Below are positions 28,640 to 38,501 of a stretch of DNA of 64,000 bases, in pieces. The position numbers and the translations under genes are program-made. Position 1 is the first letter of the stretch. Every line of letters begins with the position of its first letter. The notes beneath the pieces were generated by a model. The model had not been told where the DNA came from and did not search any database. It worked only from the letters and a program-made list of their open reading frames with translations. The DNA is from a virus. The stretch is taken from positions 14,954 to 78,953 of the IMG/VR virus record IMGVR_UViG_3300030102_004647; one strand, 5' to 3'.

Positions 28640-31014
28640 AGTCCTGGTATCCCTGGAGCAGTTGCAAAATCATCATGAGCTAACAACCAGTTTTGCCGCT
28701 CTTTTGGTAATAATTTGAACCACGTTTGTTGTTCTAACGGAACTCCGTTCATGCTTTCCATAATATAAACGAATCCCTCGGGATCTCTCTGCATCAATAG
28801 CAGGGGGTCGCTGTACAATTTCTCTAGATACATACTGTGTATCTCGGTGCCTCTAACAGTCCCATCTCCTGCAAGAAATTGACCTCGCACCCGTCTCGAT
28901 GGGTCTAAATAAATGCGACCTTGATAGTAATGTATAAACTCATCGGGGTGATAAATTTCTCCGTTCTTAAATAGGACATCCACGTATTTGTTTGCATTAG
29001 GGGCTGCACGATGCTTGAAGTACGCCCTGGCTGATCGAGAGTGATAGGCATCTTCCAAAGCGTGACCTATCTCATGAATTACAGTGTCCACAGGACTGCT
29101 CTTGTGCAGCAAGATGTAGTCAATCTCGTATTTACCCGACCCACCTGCAACCTTCAAACTACTTTGGTGCGCCCTTACTGTTTTGTTTAACTGCAAGACA
29201 TTAACGTGCGTACCTACCTCCCCATCTATAATCTTCATGAGTTGCAGTTGCTCATCTCTAAGCATCTTTAAATACGCTGTGAAATCTCGTCTTTGTGCCG
29301 CGCTCCCCCCGCCACTACTAAGCGCGCCATCTACCTTTTGAATTGCGTCATTTACATCATCAAGTTTGGAGAAGGCTTTCCTTTTCATCTCTTCGGTTAG
29401 TAACCCCTCACCAGAAGAAATGTCGTCAATAAAAGCGACCGCATCATCTACCTTACTTTGTGTTGCTTTGGTCACATTTACCGAAGTAGTCTTTCCGTAC
29501 TCGGCTGTGCGAATGTCTGACCCGCCTGTCTGGCTATTAGTAGTGACCCTGATACCTTTTCCCGAAGTCTTCAGTCGCGGTCTTATTTTTTTAGAGAGTT
29601 GTTGTGCGAGTCTTGTAGCTTCAGCACCTGCTTCTTCTACTTGGCTCAGTAGCTTTATGACTTCGTTACGAATCGGTGCAAGCTCTTTTCGTAAAGCGAT
29701 AGACTCTGCCGTATCTCGGAGCGAACCGTTAGGTCTTCTAAACTTGGCAAGCTTCTCGGCTATCTCGTTAGCTTTTTTGTAGGCTGCACTGTTCTCCAGC
29801 GTAGCATTTGCTGCGGCAACTTTTTCTTGAGCTTTAACATATGCTAGATACGTTGGATCTTTTTCAAGGTCTGCGAGGATCTCGGTCCTTAACTTTTCAA
29901 AATCTTGTGCTTCTTTGGCAGCGGCTGCTTCTTGAGGTGCTGCCTTGGGCTTCTTCTTTGGTTTTCTTTTGGGACGAGGTTTGGGTTTGTGTGTTCCTCG
30001 AAGTGCCCGCCGCTCGGCTGGGGTAATCGTTCGAGGTACAAATCCAGTCGCGTCAGGCAACGCCGTAGGTGTCGATCCCGGCCCGCCTCTCCACGGATCC
30101 AGTTGTATATTTTTGTCGGACAGGTCTGGGGTCACGGTGCATCGACAATTGATTGCTTGCGCACCGTCCCCTGGATGTAGCTGACCGGATGGAAAAACTT
30201 CTCCAATCTTAACGGTCACCCCGTCATTCAAAGCATGTGCGGGCCGTGTCCGGCGATCTCCGACAGCCCACCACTGATGTGTCTTGACTCCACTTCTGAC
30301 ATACTGATCGTGTGTCGCGGTAGAGTGTGCGACCTGGGCCTCGGTTCGTGCAATCTTCAAGCTTCTGGCTGGGGTTACCCCGTTCATCTTAGCGATGCGA
30401 TCCGCTGCAACTTGATAAGAGTTGCCCTTGATGTAGACCTCTTCTCGAATAATCGCCCTGGCATCTCGGATGGTCTGCTCGGTGATTCCCTGCCCGAACT
30501 GGATCCCCCGGTTGTCGAGCATCCAGATGACCTCTTCGTCGGTTAGCTCGAACACCAGATCGGTGGGGGCTTTGCTAGCGGTGTACCTACGAGAAAAATC
30601 CTCCAGCCGCAAAGACTTCGACTTGACGCCAAAACTTCTTAGGGCTGTCACCGCTCCCATGTCGTACATGAGGGGTGCGTATTTTCTGTAGATAGTCGCA
30701 AGTCTGCGAACCTCCTCACTGTACTTGAGATCTCGAAATGTGCCTGGGTTCAAGACAGAGTTCAACGTGTCAGAGATGGCGGGCCGTCTTTGTTTGTACG
30801 GAAGGCGAGCGATCAGGCTAGATTGTCGCTGCATCGTCCGAAGAATCCCTGTGGACAGCAGGCGAGCCGACACCGCTTGATCTAAACGAACAAGACCACG
30901 TTGCAGTTCCCTAGAAAACTGCCTCTCTATTTTTATGCGGAGAGAATCGGATGCGACACGATTGACAAAGATTCTCTTCGATAGATCACTGATCTTGTTC
31001 AGTAGGTTCGGCAT
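28636..31014 (-). CDS. MuF / SPP1 gp7-like head morphogenesis protein with C-terminal HExxH metallopeptidase-like extension
   Basis: IARTE...W..VGDRRTRPAH...INCRC (MuF), then a Lys/Pro linker, coiled coil and HEIGHALE...TEIHSM. Confidence 0.88.
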   Translation of the reverse strand: MPNLLNKISDLSKRIFVNRVASDSLRIKIERQFSRELQRGLVRLDQAVSARLLSTGILRTMQRQSSLIARLPYKQRRPAISDTLNSVLNPGTFRDLKYSEEVRRLATIYRKYAPLMYDMGAVTALRSFGVKSKSLRLEDFSRRYTASKAPTDLVFELTDEEVIWMLDNRGIQFGQGITEQTIRDARAIIREEVYIKGNSYQVAADRIAKMNGVTPARSLKIARTEAQVAHSTATHDQYVRSGVKTHQWWAVGDRRTRPAHALNDGVTVKIGEVFPSGQLHPGDGAQAINCRCTVTPDLSDKNIQLDPWRGGPGSTPTALPDATGFVPRTITPAERRALRGTHKPKPRPKRKPKKKPKAAPQEAAAAKEAQDFEKLRTEILADLEKDPTYLAYVKAQEKVAAANATLENSAAYKKANEIAEKLAKFRRPNGSLRDTAESIALRKELAPIRNEVIKLLSQVEEAGAEATRLAQQLSKKIRPRLKTSGKGIRVTTNSQTGGSDIRTAEYGKTTSVNVTKATQSKVDDAVAFIDDISSGEGLLTEEMKRKAFSKLDDVNDAIQKVDGALSSGGGSAAQRRDFTAYLKMLRDEQLQLMKIIDGEVGTHVNVLQLNKTVRAHQSSLKVAGGSGKYEIDYILLHKSSPVDTVIHEIGHALEDAYHSRSARAYFKHRAAPNANKYVDVLFKNGEIYHPDEFIHYYQGRIYLDPSRRVRGQFLAGDGTVRGTEIHSMYLEKLYSDPLLLMQRDPEGFVYIMESMNGVPLEQQTWFKLLPKERQNWLLAHDDFATAPGIPGL

Positions 31015-32827
31015 CTTCACCACTATTTTGTTCAGGCTCTGACGCTTCCTGCGTTTCTTCCTCGGCCTGAGAACGTGCAGACATCTGCATCTTCATGTTC
31101 TCGACCTCGTCTTCAAGTTTCTGCTTCTCGGCACCGGATTGTTCCGTCAACTCGTCAACAAAGATCGGACCTTGTGGTGTGTTGATAAAGTTGCGATCTC
31201 CACCGACAACTGGTGCAAGGCCAAGACGCTTGGCGACTTGATTGATTGTCATGACGCCCTTCTCAAGATAACTGATGTACACGTTTTTCTCGGCTTCTCG
31301 ATCCCGAATGTCCAGCGGGTTGAACTTCATTGCAACAAGAGTTGTGCCCAGTCCCAACTTGAGCAGTCGGTTCAGGTGATGCTCCCACACTCTCTGTGAC
31401 GGAGTCACGATTCGATCCTTGTAGATCTCGGCCTGGGATAGTCCCTTGCCGGATCCAAGCTCGGAATGTTCCGCAATTCCGATGATCGCGGGGGACACAC
31501 CGTGGGCCGTCATGATTCCCTGCGAGTTGTTCTTCCTGGTCTCTTGGAACGATCCTTCTTGGGCGTCTGCTGCAAGCTTCTCGAATCTGAGCTTCACTTC
31601 GCCCCGCATCGCCGGAACAGGAATGATCAAAGTTTTGTGAGCTTTGCCCTTCACATGCTGCCCGAAGTACTGCATGATCGCGTCCTTCACATCCTTGGCG
31701 AGCTTCGCACCTTCGATCACCACAGCGTATCGAGGGACCGTGTTATGCTCGAAGAATTGCAGCATGAAGTCGCGGATGTGAACATTGCCCAGGACATCCC
31801 CCAGGGCGGGAACAACATCGGCATATCCGTAGTAGATCGTGCTGGCGTGATGCTTCGGAATCCAAATCACCTCGTTCGCGGATCGGTTGAAGTTGCTTGT
31901 GGGGAGTCCAGTGTCTCGATCACACATGTTCCAGCTAAGAGACCCAGGCTTCAACTCCCCGTGTTTTTTTGGATCGTAAGGTAGTGGCTCCCCAGTCACA
32001 GGGCTTTTTTCATTACTAACAATCTTGGAACCGAAAGGTTGATAATAGATGTATTTGGAATCGGACAGCACCTCGACGAATCCCTTCCATCCGCGAAGCG
32101 GACGAATGCGGGTCGCCGGAATGTGAGCCAACTTGCGGATCTTCATGTCAGCGGATCGAATCACTTCGATAGCTGCCCATCCAATCGCTTCGTAATCCAT
32201 GCAAGCACGGAACAGCACGCCTTCAAAACCAATCAGTTCGTTGGAGTCTGTGATGAACTCCTTGATCGCATCCACTTCCTGCTCAACTTGGGACTGCGAA
32301 ACTTTCGGAGGGAAATGAGCAGAAGACTTGCGATTCCCTTCCTGGCGAGCAAACGCCACAGACTGATCTGCTTCTTCGTCAGACACCACGTTGACAATCG
32401 GATCGAGCGAGTACTCTCGACCAACCGCATCCACGGTCTTTGTCTTTACACAACGGAAGTGAGTAGAGTCTACCTCAAGAAATGCGGACAGCAGTTCCGG
32501 CGGGTAAGGAGGCTCGACGACCTTGGTGGCAGAGAGTGAGGACATGCCCCCCTCACGCAAGCCTAGCTCCTCGTCGGTCTGGGTAGACCCCTCAACAGTT
32601 TTCATAACATCCAAGAGTGCGGAGTTCTGGGCTTCCTTATGAATTCTGTCCGAATCAAAACAAGCCATGCTTCCTCGGATCAACTCCTTCTGTAAATCCA
32701 TAGAAGAAGCAATCCGGTCATCGCCTGTAATGAAAGCCTCCTCGATAATGTTTTCGCCGTCCTCAGATGGCGGGATCGCGTGCTTTTCGAGGATCTCCGC
32801 AAGCTGGTCGTCTGTTATGTCCGGCAT
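30986..32827 (-). CDS. Portal protein
   Basis: PPYPP...AAIEVIR...HIPA..IR...YYG..D...FF...P...HGVSPAIIG...GVMTINQV. Confidence 0.92.
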   Translation of the reverse strand: MPDITDDQLAEILEKHAIPPSEDGENIIEEAFITGDDRIASSMDLQKELIRGSMACFDSDRIHKEAQNSALLDVMKTVEGSTQTDEELGLREGGMSSLSATKVVEPPYPPELLSAFLEVDSTHFRCVKTKTVDAVGREYSLDPIVNVVSDEEADQSVAFARQEGNRKSSAHFPPKVSQSQVEQEVDAIKEFITDSNELIGFEGVLFRACMDYEAIGWAAIEVIRSADMKIRKLAHIPATRIRPLRGWKGFVEVLSDSKYIYYQPFGSKIVSNEKSPVTGEPLPYDPKKHGELKPGSLSWNMCDRDTGLPTSNFNRSANEVIWIPKHHASTIYYGYADVVPALGDVLGNVHIRDFMLQFFEHNTVPRYAVVIEGAKLAKDVKDAIMQYFGQHVKGKAHKTLIIPVPAMRGEVKLRFEKLAADAQEGSFQETRKNNSQGIMTAHGVSPAIIGIAEHSELGSGKGLSQAEIYKDRIVTPSQRVWEHHLNRLLKLGLGTTLVAMKFNPLDIRDREAEKNVYISYLEKGVMTINQVAKRLGLAPVVGGDRNFINTPQGPIFVDELTEQSGAEKQKLEDEVENMKMQMSARSQAEEETQEASEPEQNSGEDAEPTEQDQ

Positions 32828-32837
32828 AAGGTTCTTT

Positions 32838-33452
32838 CTATTTTTTTGATTTTTTTGGATGACCTGCGGGAAGCAGATCATTGTCGGTCGTGTACTTGGA
32901 GTTCTTAGGACTGCCTGTTCTCAACAAATGAAGAAACGCATTGACTCTGGCGTTTGCCCACTGCCCTCGGGCCATGCCTGGACGGTGTGAAGTTGAAAAC
33001 GCTCCCGCACCTCGTCGATACACTGCTTTGAGTTTTCCAAGAGTGGCTCGACTCCACGAAGGCTTGCCTGCTTTTTTCATCGACTCGTTGTGAGTCTTGA
33101 CCTTGTTGCGAAGAGTCTTCTCGGTTGCCGCCGATACAGAGATGCCGCCCGACTGATTCTTGGCAGATCCCGGCTTGTTCTTTTTAGAACCTCGGACCTG
33201 ATCTTTTTTTGGTGCAGGAGTAGACGCACCACCTGGGGCTTTAGACACAGCACCTTGTTCTCGGTTCGCCGTTGAGTTCGGCAAAGAAGACGAATCAATC
33301 GCGGACTTGAGAATCTCAAAGCCTTTGGTAGCGGCTTCTTTGTATCGTGCTTGAAGAGATCCACAAATTTTCTGAGCAGCCTCGGCAGACCGCCCTCTAT
33401 TTTTTTGCTCGGAGACGCACTCTCCAAAATTCTCGTATCCTGCAAATGGCAT
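32838..33452 (-). CDS. Basic head-region protein carrying a copy of the capsid N-terminal peptide
   Basis: MPFAGYENFGECV N-domain; KSAIDSSSLPNS..NREQ; LKAVYRRGAGAF..SHRP...QWA.ARVNAFL domain. Confidence 0.7.
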   Translation of the reverse strand: MPFAGYENFGECVSEQKNRGRSAEAAQKICGSLQARYKEAATKGFEILKSAIDSSSLPNSTANREQGAVSKAPGGASTPAPKKDQVRGSKKNKPGSAKNQSGGISVSAATEKTLRNKVKTHNESMKKAGKPSWSRATLGKLKAVYRRGAGAFSTSHRPGMARGQWANARVNAFLHLLRTGSPKNSKYTTDNDLLPAGHPKKSKK

Positions 33453-33453
33453 C

Positions 33454-33750
33454 TTACTTACCTTTAAGTATCTGATCGAGAATCATCTCAAAACCTTCCG
33501 CAGATTTTTGAGTATCGATCTCAGGGTGGAAGTTAAACTTCACAACTTTAGCGTCTTTCGTTATGGACTTCCCGTCGATAATTATCTCAATCGGGTAGGG
33601 CACTTTGTCATTTATCCAGTACGCTACCTCGTAACTTCCATCTTTGTTGTTAGCCACCAGAAGACCTCGGTTGCCTTCCTGTCGTACTAACACATGCGTG
33701 GAATCGGGTCGGAGTTTCAAATCGACTTGGTCTTTTTTTGGGGCGTCCAT
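33454..33750 (-). CDS. Hypothetical protein
   Basis: TAATG-coupled ORF between the terminase and portal genes. Confidence 0.6.
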   Translation of the reverse strand: MDAPKKDQVDLKLRPDSTHVLVRQEGNRGLLVANNKDGSYEVAYWINDKVPYPIEIIIDGKSITKDAKVVKFNFHPEIDTQKSAEGFEMILDQILKGK

Positions 33751-34070
33751 TACCACTTCACCTTGTCGGCCCAGTATGCAGCACTGAGTCGTCCTCTTTT
33801 AATGTTTTTCTTGTGACGGGCTTTGAACGATCTTCGTCTTGCTCTCTCCGCTGCGGTCCTTGGCTTCTTACCCGCACCTCGAACACCCTGCTGTCCGAAT
33901 CGAATAAGTTTGATAGTCCCCCCTTCTCTTGCGAGAACAGCGTGAGATTTGCTGGGATGCTTTGGAGTTCGCTTCGGCTTGTTATAACCAGCAAAAGTCT
34001 CGCCACGATAAGTGACAGACTTTGTGACTATATCTTTGAACTTTTCGTACCCGTCAGCCGCCTTGCTCAT
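33750..34070 (-). CDS. Small basic phage protein (RRSFKARH...SAAYWA family)
   Basis: KLIRFGQQG, RRRSFKARH, LSAAYWADKVKW motifs. Confidence 0.7.
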   Translation of the reverse strand: MSKAADGYEKFKDIVTKSVTYRGETFAGYNKPKRTPKHPSKSHAVLAREGGTIKLIRFGQQGVRGAGKKPRTAAERARRRSFKARHKKNIKRGRLSAAYWADKVKW

Positions 34071-34072
34071 CT

Positions 34073-35755
34073 CTATCCTATAGCGAAGTCGTCGATGGTC
34101 GTTTCGGTCATAATAAAACTAGCGAGCATGTCATAAGTGTCGGTGTGTCGCTGGTGATCCTTCCCCTTGCTCCACTCATACCGCTGATTCCCGCCCGAAT
34201 CTTCAACTAAAGATCGAATGGGCATGCACATCTCGTCAGTATACGAACCTCCAAGTATAGCAGCATAGTTGGTAGGCAGTAAATTCTTTTTGAGACGGAT
34301 CTGAGCAAAAGACCTGTCAAGGACTTCGGTCCTGTCCGCATTTATCATCCGATTGACCAGATCGTAAGTTCTTCGCTTATCTGAACCTTCCTTGGCATAC
34401 CGGCAAAGCCAGACCTCACAGCCGTACTGCATAGCTCCTTCTTGAAAGTCGGCTGCTAGAGTTATCTCGGGCATCGAGTCCATGACGCACTTCTCGACAT
34501 TGTAGAGTTGGATCAGGTCGTACAGATCCTCAACGGATCGAACCTTACCGATGAAGACTGCCTGACGCTCCCCTCTGGACCGAAGGTAGCTGATACGAAC
34601 ATCGAGAGTCGCCCCAACATCTACGCCCATACTACACGGGCCAGGATGTGAATGCGTTTTGATGTGAGCAATGTCTGAGTGAATTGTGAACGAATACGCA
34701 TCGTCTCCCTCCCCGATGCAATTGTCCAGCATCGTAGGAGTGACCTTGTTTCCGATAGCGTCAAACGGAAGACCCAGGTCAGAGTTGAAGAATCTCTGCA
34801 TCAGGCCAGGGTCGTTGATCGCCCTGGTGAACCTTTCCCACATCCCAGCGATGGGATTGATCATGTTGCACAGCATAGAAAGGTGGTAGCCCTCAATCTG
34901 AGAGTCGGGATTTTGGGCTATCCACTTTCCATCCGTACTAGTTCTATCTAAAGCTCCTCCGCAGTCGGGACAGATCATGTTCACATCCCGTCTGCATCCC
35001 GGCTCCCATTCATCGTCCCGAAGTTTCCAATCGATCACATTGCCTTCGTGATCAACGATCTCTTTTACGACTGTCTTGAACCAGTCAGTCTCTTGGAACT
35101 CTCCACACTGGGTGCAGGGAACAAACCATTCTCTTTGATCACTACGAAGGAAGTATTCATGTATGCCGCGATTTTTTATCCTGGGGTTTGCAAGATATCT
35201 TTTAAACTGGTACTTGGATGCTCGAAGACGGTCAATGGCGTATTCGATATTGTCCAAGTTGCATTCATCGACTTCTTCAACGACAATTACGTCAGCGGGA
35301 AACTCCTTGAAGTCGCTTACTACGTTACTCCCAACGTACTTGATCACCCCCTTTCCAAATGACTTGATTGCCATCGAGTCAAAAAACCCCGCTCCCATGA
35401 TTCTTTTATACTCGTTCACGTTTTGCACGCAACGATCAACACGGTTCTGGACGTAAGTGTTTCGCATTTCATACTTAGGAACTACAAAAAACACAGACAA
35501 TCCTACATACGCACAAGCTAAGTGATCAATCACGATGAACTCACTCTTGAAACTTTGTACGCTTCCCATTAGCACCATTTCTCGGGCCGTCGAGTTGTAC
35601 AAAGAACGAACATGAGGAAAGTGATCGAAGTCCATCGGCTCATCGTGAGTATTCCGATGGTAGTTCAGTGCAAAGTTTAGCCGTGCCTGCTTTAGCTCCA
35701 GCAATTTCTGAAGCACTAACAAGTCACGGTCTTTGATCGCGTCAAGTTGTTTCAA
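34073..35755 (-). CDS. terL: Terminase large subunit (lambda gpA-like)
   Basis: GSVQSFKSE Walker A variant, VVEEVDE, SDQREW..CTQC...CPDC, GYHLS, MGVDVG, VMD, KDH..H; TTG start. Confidence 0.9.
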   Translation of the reverse strand: MKQLDAIKDRDLLVLQKLLELKQARLNFALNYHRNTHDEPMDFDHFPHVRSLYNSTAREMVLMGSVQSFKSEFIVIDHLACAYVGLSVFFVVPKYEMRNTYVQNRVDRCVQNVNEYKRIMGAGFFDSMAIKSFGKGVIKYVGSNVVSDFKEFPADVIVVEEVDECNLDNIEYAIDRLRASKYQFKRYLANPRIKNRGIHEYFLRSDQREWFVPCTQCGEFQETDWFKTVVKEIVDHEGNVIDWKLRDDEWEPGCRRDVNMICPDCGGALDRTSTDGKWIAQNPDSQIEGYHLSMLCNMINPIAGMWERFTRAINDPGLMQRFFNSDLGLPFDAIGNKVTPTMLDNCIGEGDDAYSFTIHSDIAHIKTHSHPGPCSMGVDVGATLDVRISYLRSRGERQAVFIGKVRSVEDLYDLIQLYNVEKCVMDSMPEITLAADFQEGAMQYGCEVWLCRYAKEGSDKRRTYDLVNRMINADRTEVLDRSFAQIRLKKNLLPTNYAAILGGSYTDEMCMPIRSLVEDSGGNQRYEWSKGKDHQRHTDTYDMLASFIMTETTIDDFAIG

Positions 35756-36399
35756 AGTGACAAACCTTTTTTGATTAGCTTTTCGATTGCGTCTTCAATC
35801 TCTTCTCTTGTCTTGGTCTTGCCTGGATCCTCCTTCTCAGTTTTTGGCATCTCGTCCTGCATCTTGTGATAGATGCGGTCTGGCTCGACAGGGAGAACAT
35901 TAGCTTTCTGAAGGATGTCGATCTTTAACTTTCTGGCACTAAGTGCGGCCTGAAGCCACTTCACCCTCTCGGACTGTGACCTGGGGTTCTGGTTTTGAGT
36001 TACCACGCCGGTCGCGGGGTCAATCGATGTGTCGTCGTTCTGGCTGTTGTGTATCTCGTACAGACACACCCGTTCCAGTTCGGACAGCCAGACCAGCTGC
36101 TCGGCTATGTTGTCGGCACCCGACCGTTGCTCCATCTCTGTGCGGAACTCGGCGTACACATCGTGAAACCATCGACGAATGGTCTTCTCGCTAACATCGA
36201 AGATCTTAGCTATGCCGGACACAGGATGTCCTGCCATAGACCACTGGAAAGCCTGGGCTTTTTTTTCGTCGGGAGTTAGAGAGTTAGCCCTGAACTTCGG
36301 GTCGTTCTCGTCAACGTCTTCGCAGATCTCCTCCGCATCTACGGGAGTGGAATCCAGATCTTCGAGTGCTTCGACGATTGATTTGTGCTTCTTAGCCAT
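35752..36399 (-). CDS. terS: Terminase small subunit (HTH)
   Basis: IAKIFDVSEKTIRRW HTH; directly upstream of and overlapping TerL. Confidence 0.7.
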   Translation of the reverse strand: MAKKHKSIVEALEDLDSTPVDAEEICEDVDENDPKFRANSLTPDEKKAQAFQWSMAGHPVSGIAKIFDVSEKTIRRWFHDVYAEFRTEMEQRSGADNIAEQLVWLSELERVCLYEIHNSQNDDTSIDPATGVVTQNQNPRSQSERVKWLQAALSARKLKIDILQKANVLPVEPDRIYHKMQDEMPKTEKEDPGKTKTREEIEDAIEKLIKKGLSL

Positions 36400-36441
36400 A
36401 AAATACCTCCGCACCACTATAGAACCATTGGGGGAGGGCGG

Positions 36442-37167
36442 TCAAGTTAATTTCTCCGCAATCGCCTCTTTTATAAAGGTAGCCGCATCCTGTCCGCTGT
36501 CTTTCAGGTGTGCGACCATCCTCTCGACAGTTTCCCAGGTGTCGTCCTCGCACATAATAGCCATCTGCGTTTTACCTTTAACCGTAAAAAATAAATAACT
36601 TTGATCGACAGTAACTGCTCCGTTTGCATCTTTGAAGATACTGGCGACTATGCTCATCAACGACTCCGTGCCTTTGACCTCGGCCTTCGGCTCTTTCATG
36701 TCATCAACAAACTTGTCACCTTTTGCCGACTCCTTGATCAGGTGCTTTTGCATTTCCTTCTTGTCCTCGAAACCCATCATGACTGGCATGTCATCCATCT
36801 CCATGCCTGTCTGGGTCAAGTCGTTGACAAGATCGGTAAACTTTCGAGCGTTTAAATTACCGGACAGTAAGTTCCTTCTGACCGTCTTCAACTTCTGCGT
36901 CTCCATGTCCCAATCGTCATGGATCACACACGGAACTTCTTCCATGCCCAGAAGCATAGCTGCCCGCCAACGATGCTCTCCTCCAATGATCGTGTAATCA
37001 CCCTCGACCTCGGAGTGCGGCACGACAACAAGAGGATGCTCAAACCCATCTTCTTCGATCTCCTTCAGTAATTGATTGAAGACTTCTTCGCTTTGTTCGT
37101 TTGGATTCCATTCGTTAGGAACGAGTCGGTCAATCCCAACGAGAGTTGGTTCTTTGATATCCGGCAT
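36442..37167 (-). CDS. ParB/Srx N-terminal domain protein
   Basis: PNEWNPN, IEEDGF..PLVV, IIGGEHRWRAA (GxxR motif). Confidence 0.88.
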   Translation of the reverse strand: MPDIKEPTLVGIDRLVPNEWNPNEQSEEVFNQLLKEIEEDGFEHPLVVVPHSEVEGDYTIIGGEHRWRAAMLLGMEEVPCVIHDDWDMETQKLKTVRRNLLSGNLNARKFTDLVNDLTQTGMEMDDMPVMMGFEDKKEMQKHLIKESAKGDKFVDDMKEPKAEVKGTESLMSIVASIFKDANGAVTVDQSYLFFTVKGKTQMAIMCEDDTWETVERMVAHLKDSGQDAATFIKEAIAEKLT

Positions 37168-37176
37168 GGGTACTCC

Positions 37177-37818
37177 CTACAAAATTATTAAATTCTTTTT
37201 TGGACTCTCGGAGTCAGTTAGTATTCTGACAGCCTCCGCTTCGGCAGTATCTGAATCCGCATTTTTTTTGTCGGGCATCGCAACGTACAAAATTTCCAAG
37301 TCGGGCATGATACGCTTGTATGCCTCAACTGTGGGAAGGGTTGCAGCTTTAGCTGTGCAGTACGCAATCTCTTCTTCTGGAAGCTTGCTGGTTCGCTGAT
37401 CAAGAAGGAAGATGCACCTTGCTCCTTTGTTGAAACGATATGCCTGATACAAGTACATCGTGAGAATAAGCGGCCCGATCAAATTTACCTGGAACGCTTC
37501 CCGCATCTCATGAACACTGATTAGCAGAGGATCTTGCGGGTCGTGGTGTGCAGCTGCATGCACAATCCCGTCAAGTTTGACTTCGTTACTGACCATCCAG
37601 TTTGCAACTTGAACAATGGGCTTTCCTTCTAAAAAATCACAGGCCACCCAGTGATCCGTTTCAATAACCGGACTAAACGTCTCGGACAAGAACGCTTTTG
37701 CATGTCGTTGGATGTCGTACACAGTGTGTCGAGCATTTCGTAGCTCGGCCACAATCCCAGCACCGTACGATTTACTGGCACCCGTAACTGCATAAGTTCG
37801 TCGAATGGATTGGATCAT
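37177..37818 (-). CDS. Short-chain dehydrogenase/reductase-like protein
   Basis: VTGASKSYG, ACDF, IVHAAA, VNL.GP, AYCTAK (YxxxK). Confidence 0.7.
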   Translation of the reverse strand: MIQSIRRTYAVTGASKSYGAGIVAELRNARHTVYDIQRHAKAFLSETFSPVIETDHWVACDFLEGKPIVQVANWMVSNEVKLDGIVHAAAHHDPQDPLLISVHEMREAFQVNLIGPLILTMYLYQAYRFNKGARCIFLLDQRTSKLPEEEIAYCTAKAATLPTVEAYKRIMPDLEILYVAMPDKKNADSDTAEAEAVRILTDSESPKKNLIIL

Positions 37819-38183
37819 GCACCGGCTCCTCCTTTAGGTACAACAATCTTTGGCTGTCGATCCTGTTCGACACGCTTATCTGCAATCTCTTTCAAGTGTT
37901 CAACCTTCGCATCGATATCAACAGAAAAGATATCGAGCATCTGATCGACCTGCTCGTCCGGCAAAAATGCAACGAGTGCCTTGATCAATGAAGTGGTGAC
38001 CCCTAGCTGCTGCTGTAGTTGCAGCTGAGACTCCTTCATGCCCATCAACACGTTGATCAGGCTCTGGGGATGGACACTGCCCTCTACCGTCATGCCCAAC
38101 TTGACGCTGCCCTCTACCTTTTTGATCGCCTCCATCAAACGGTTTTGACCGTCGATGAACTTCTCTTGATCGAACAATTCCAT
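37815..38183 (-). CDS. Hypothetical protein
   Basis: Coupled ORF with GGAG RBS. Confidence 0.6.
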   Translation of the reverse strand: MELFDQEKFIDGQNRLMEAIKKVEGSVKLGMTVEGSVHPQSLINVLMGMKESQLQLQQQLGVTTSLIKALVAFLPDEQVDQMLDIFSVDIDAKVEHLKEIADKRVEQDRQPKIVVPKGGAGA

Positions 38184-38455
38184 TGAGTGGCTCCTTCCAG
38201 TGCATATGTATGCACTTTCTTGACATGTATTTGTTTGTGTATACCTGCGTCAGCGAGTGCTGACATTAGCTGCCTATGAGTTGCAATGTCGTACCCGCTG
38301 ACATTGAACAACTCGGTGGAGGTCTTGCTTAAAACTGCTCCGATAGTATCCAAGCCTGCACGCTCCAGTGCGTTTTGGGCGCGTGTCCCCAGGCCGGACT
38401 TCTCAAGATATGAGACGGGCTGCTGAATTAGAACTTCTAGCCGTCGAGTTATCAT
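38135..38455 (-). CDS. Stand-alone RNA polymerase alpha-subunit CTD-like protein
   Basis: LGTRAQNALERAGLDTIGAVL..T..EL..V.GY matches the alpha-CTD LSVRxxNcL...I.TI..L pattern. Confidence 0.7.
   Translation of the reverse strand: MITRRLEVLIQQPVSYLEKSGLGTRAQNALERAGLDTIGAVLSKTSTELFNVSGYDIATHRQLMSALADAGIHKQIHVKKVHTYALEGATQWNCSIKRSSSTVKTV
38200..38215. repeat. 16-bp palindrome
   Basis: GTGCATATGTATGCAC. Confidence 0.75.
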
Positions 38456-38501
38456 GCGGCATCTCCATACGCTCACAATGTATCGGGTCAGCGGAGTTGT
38501 G

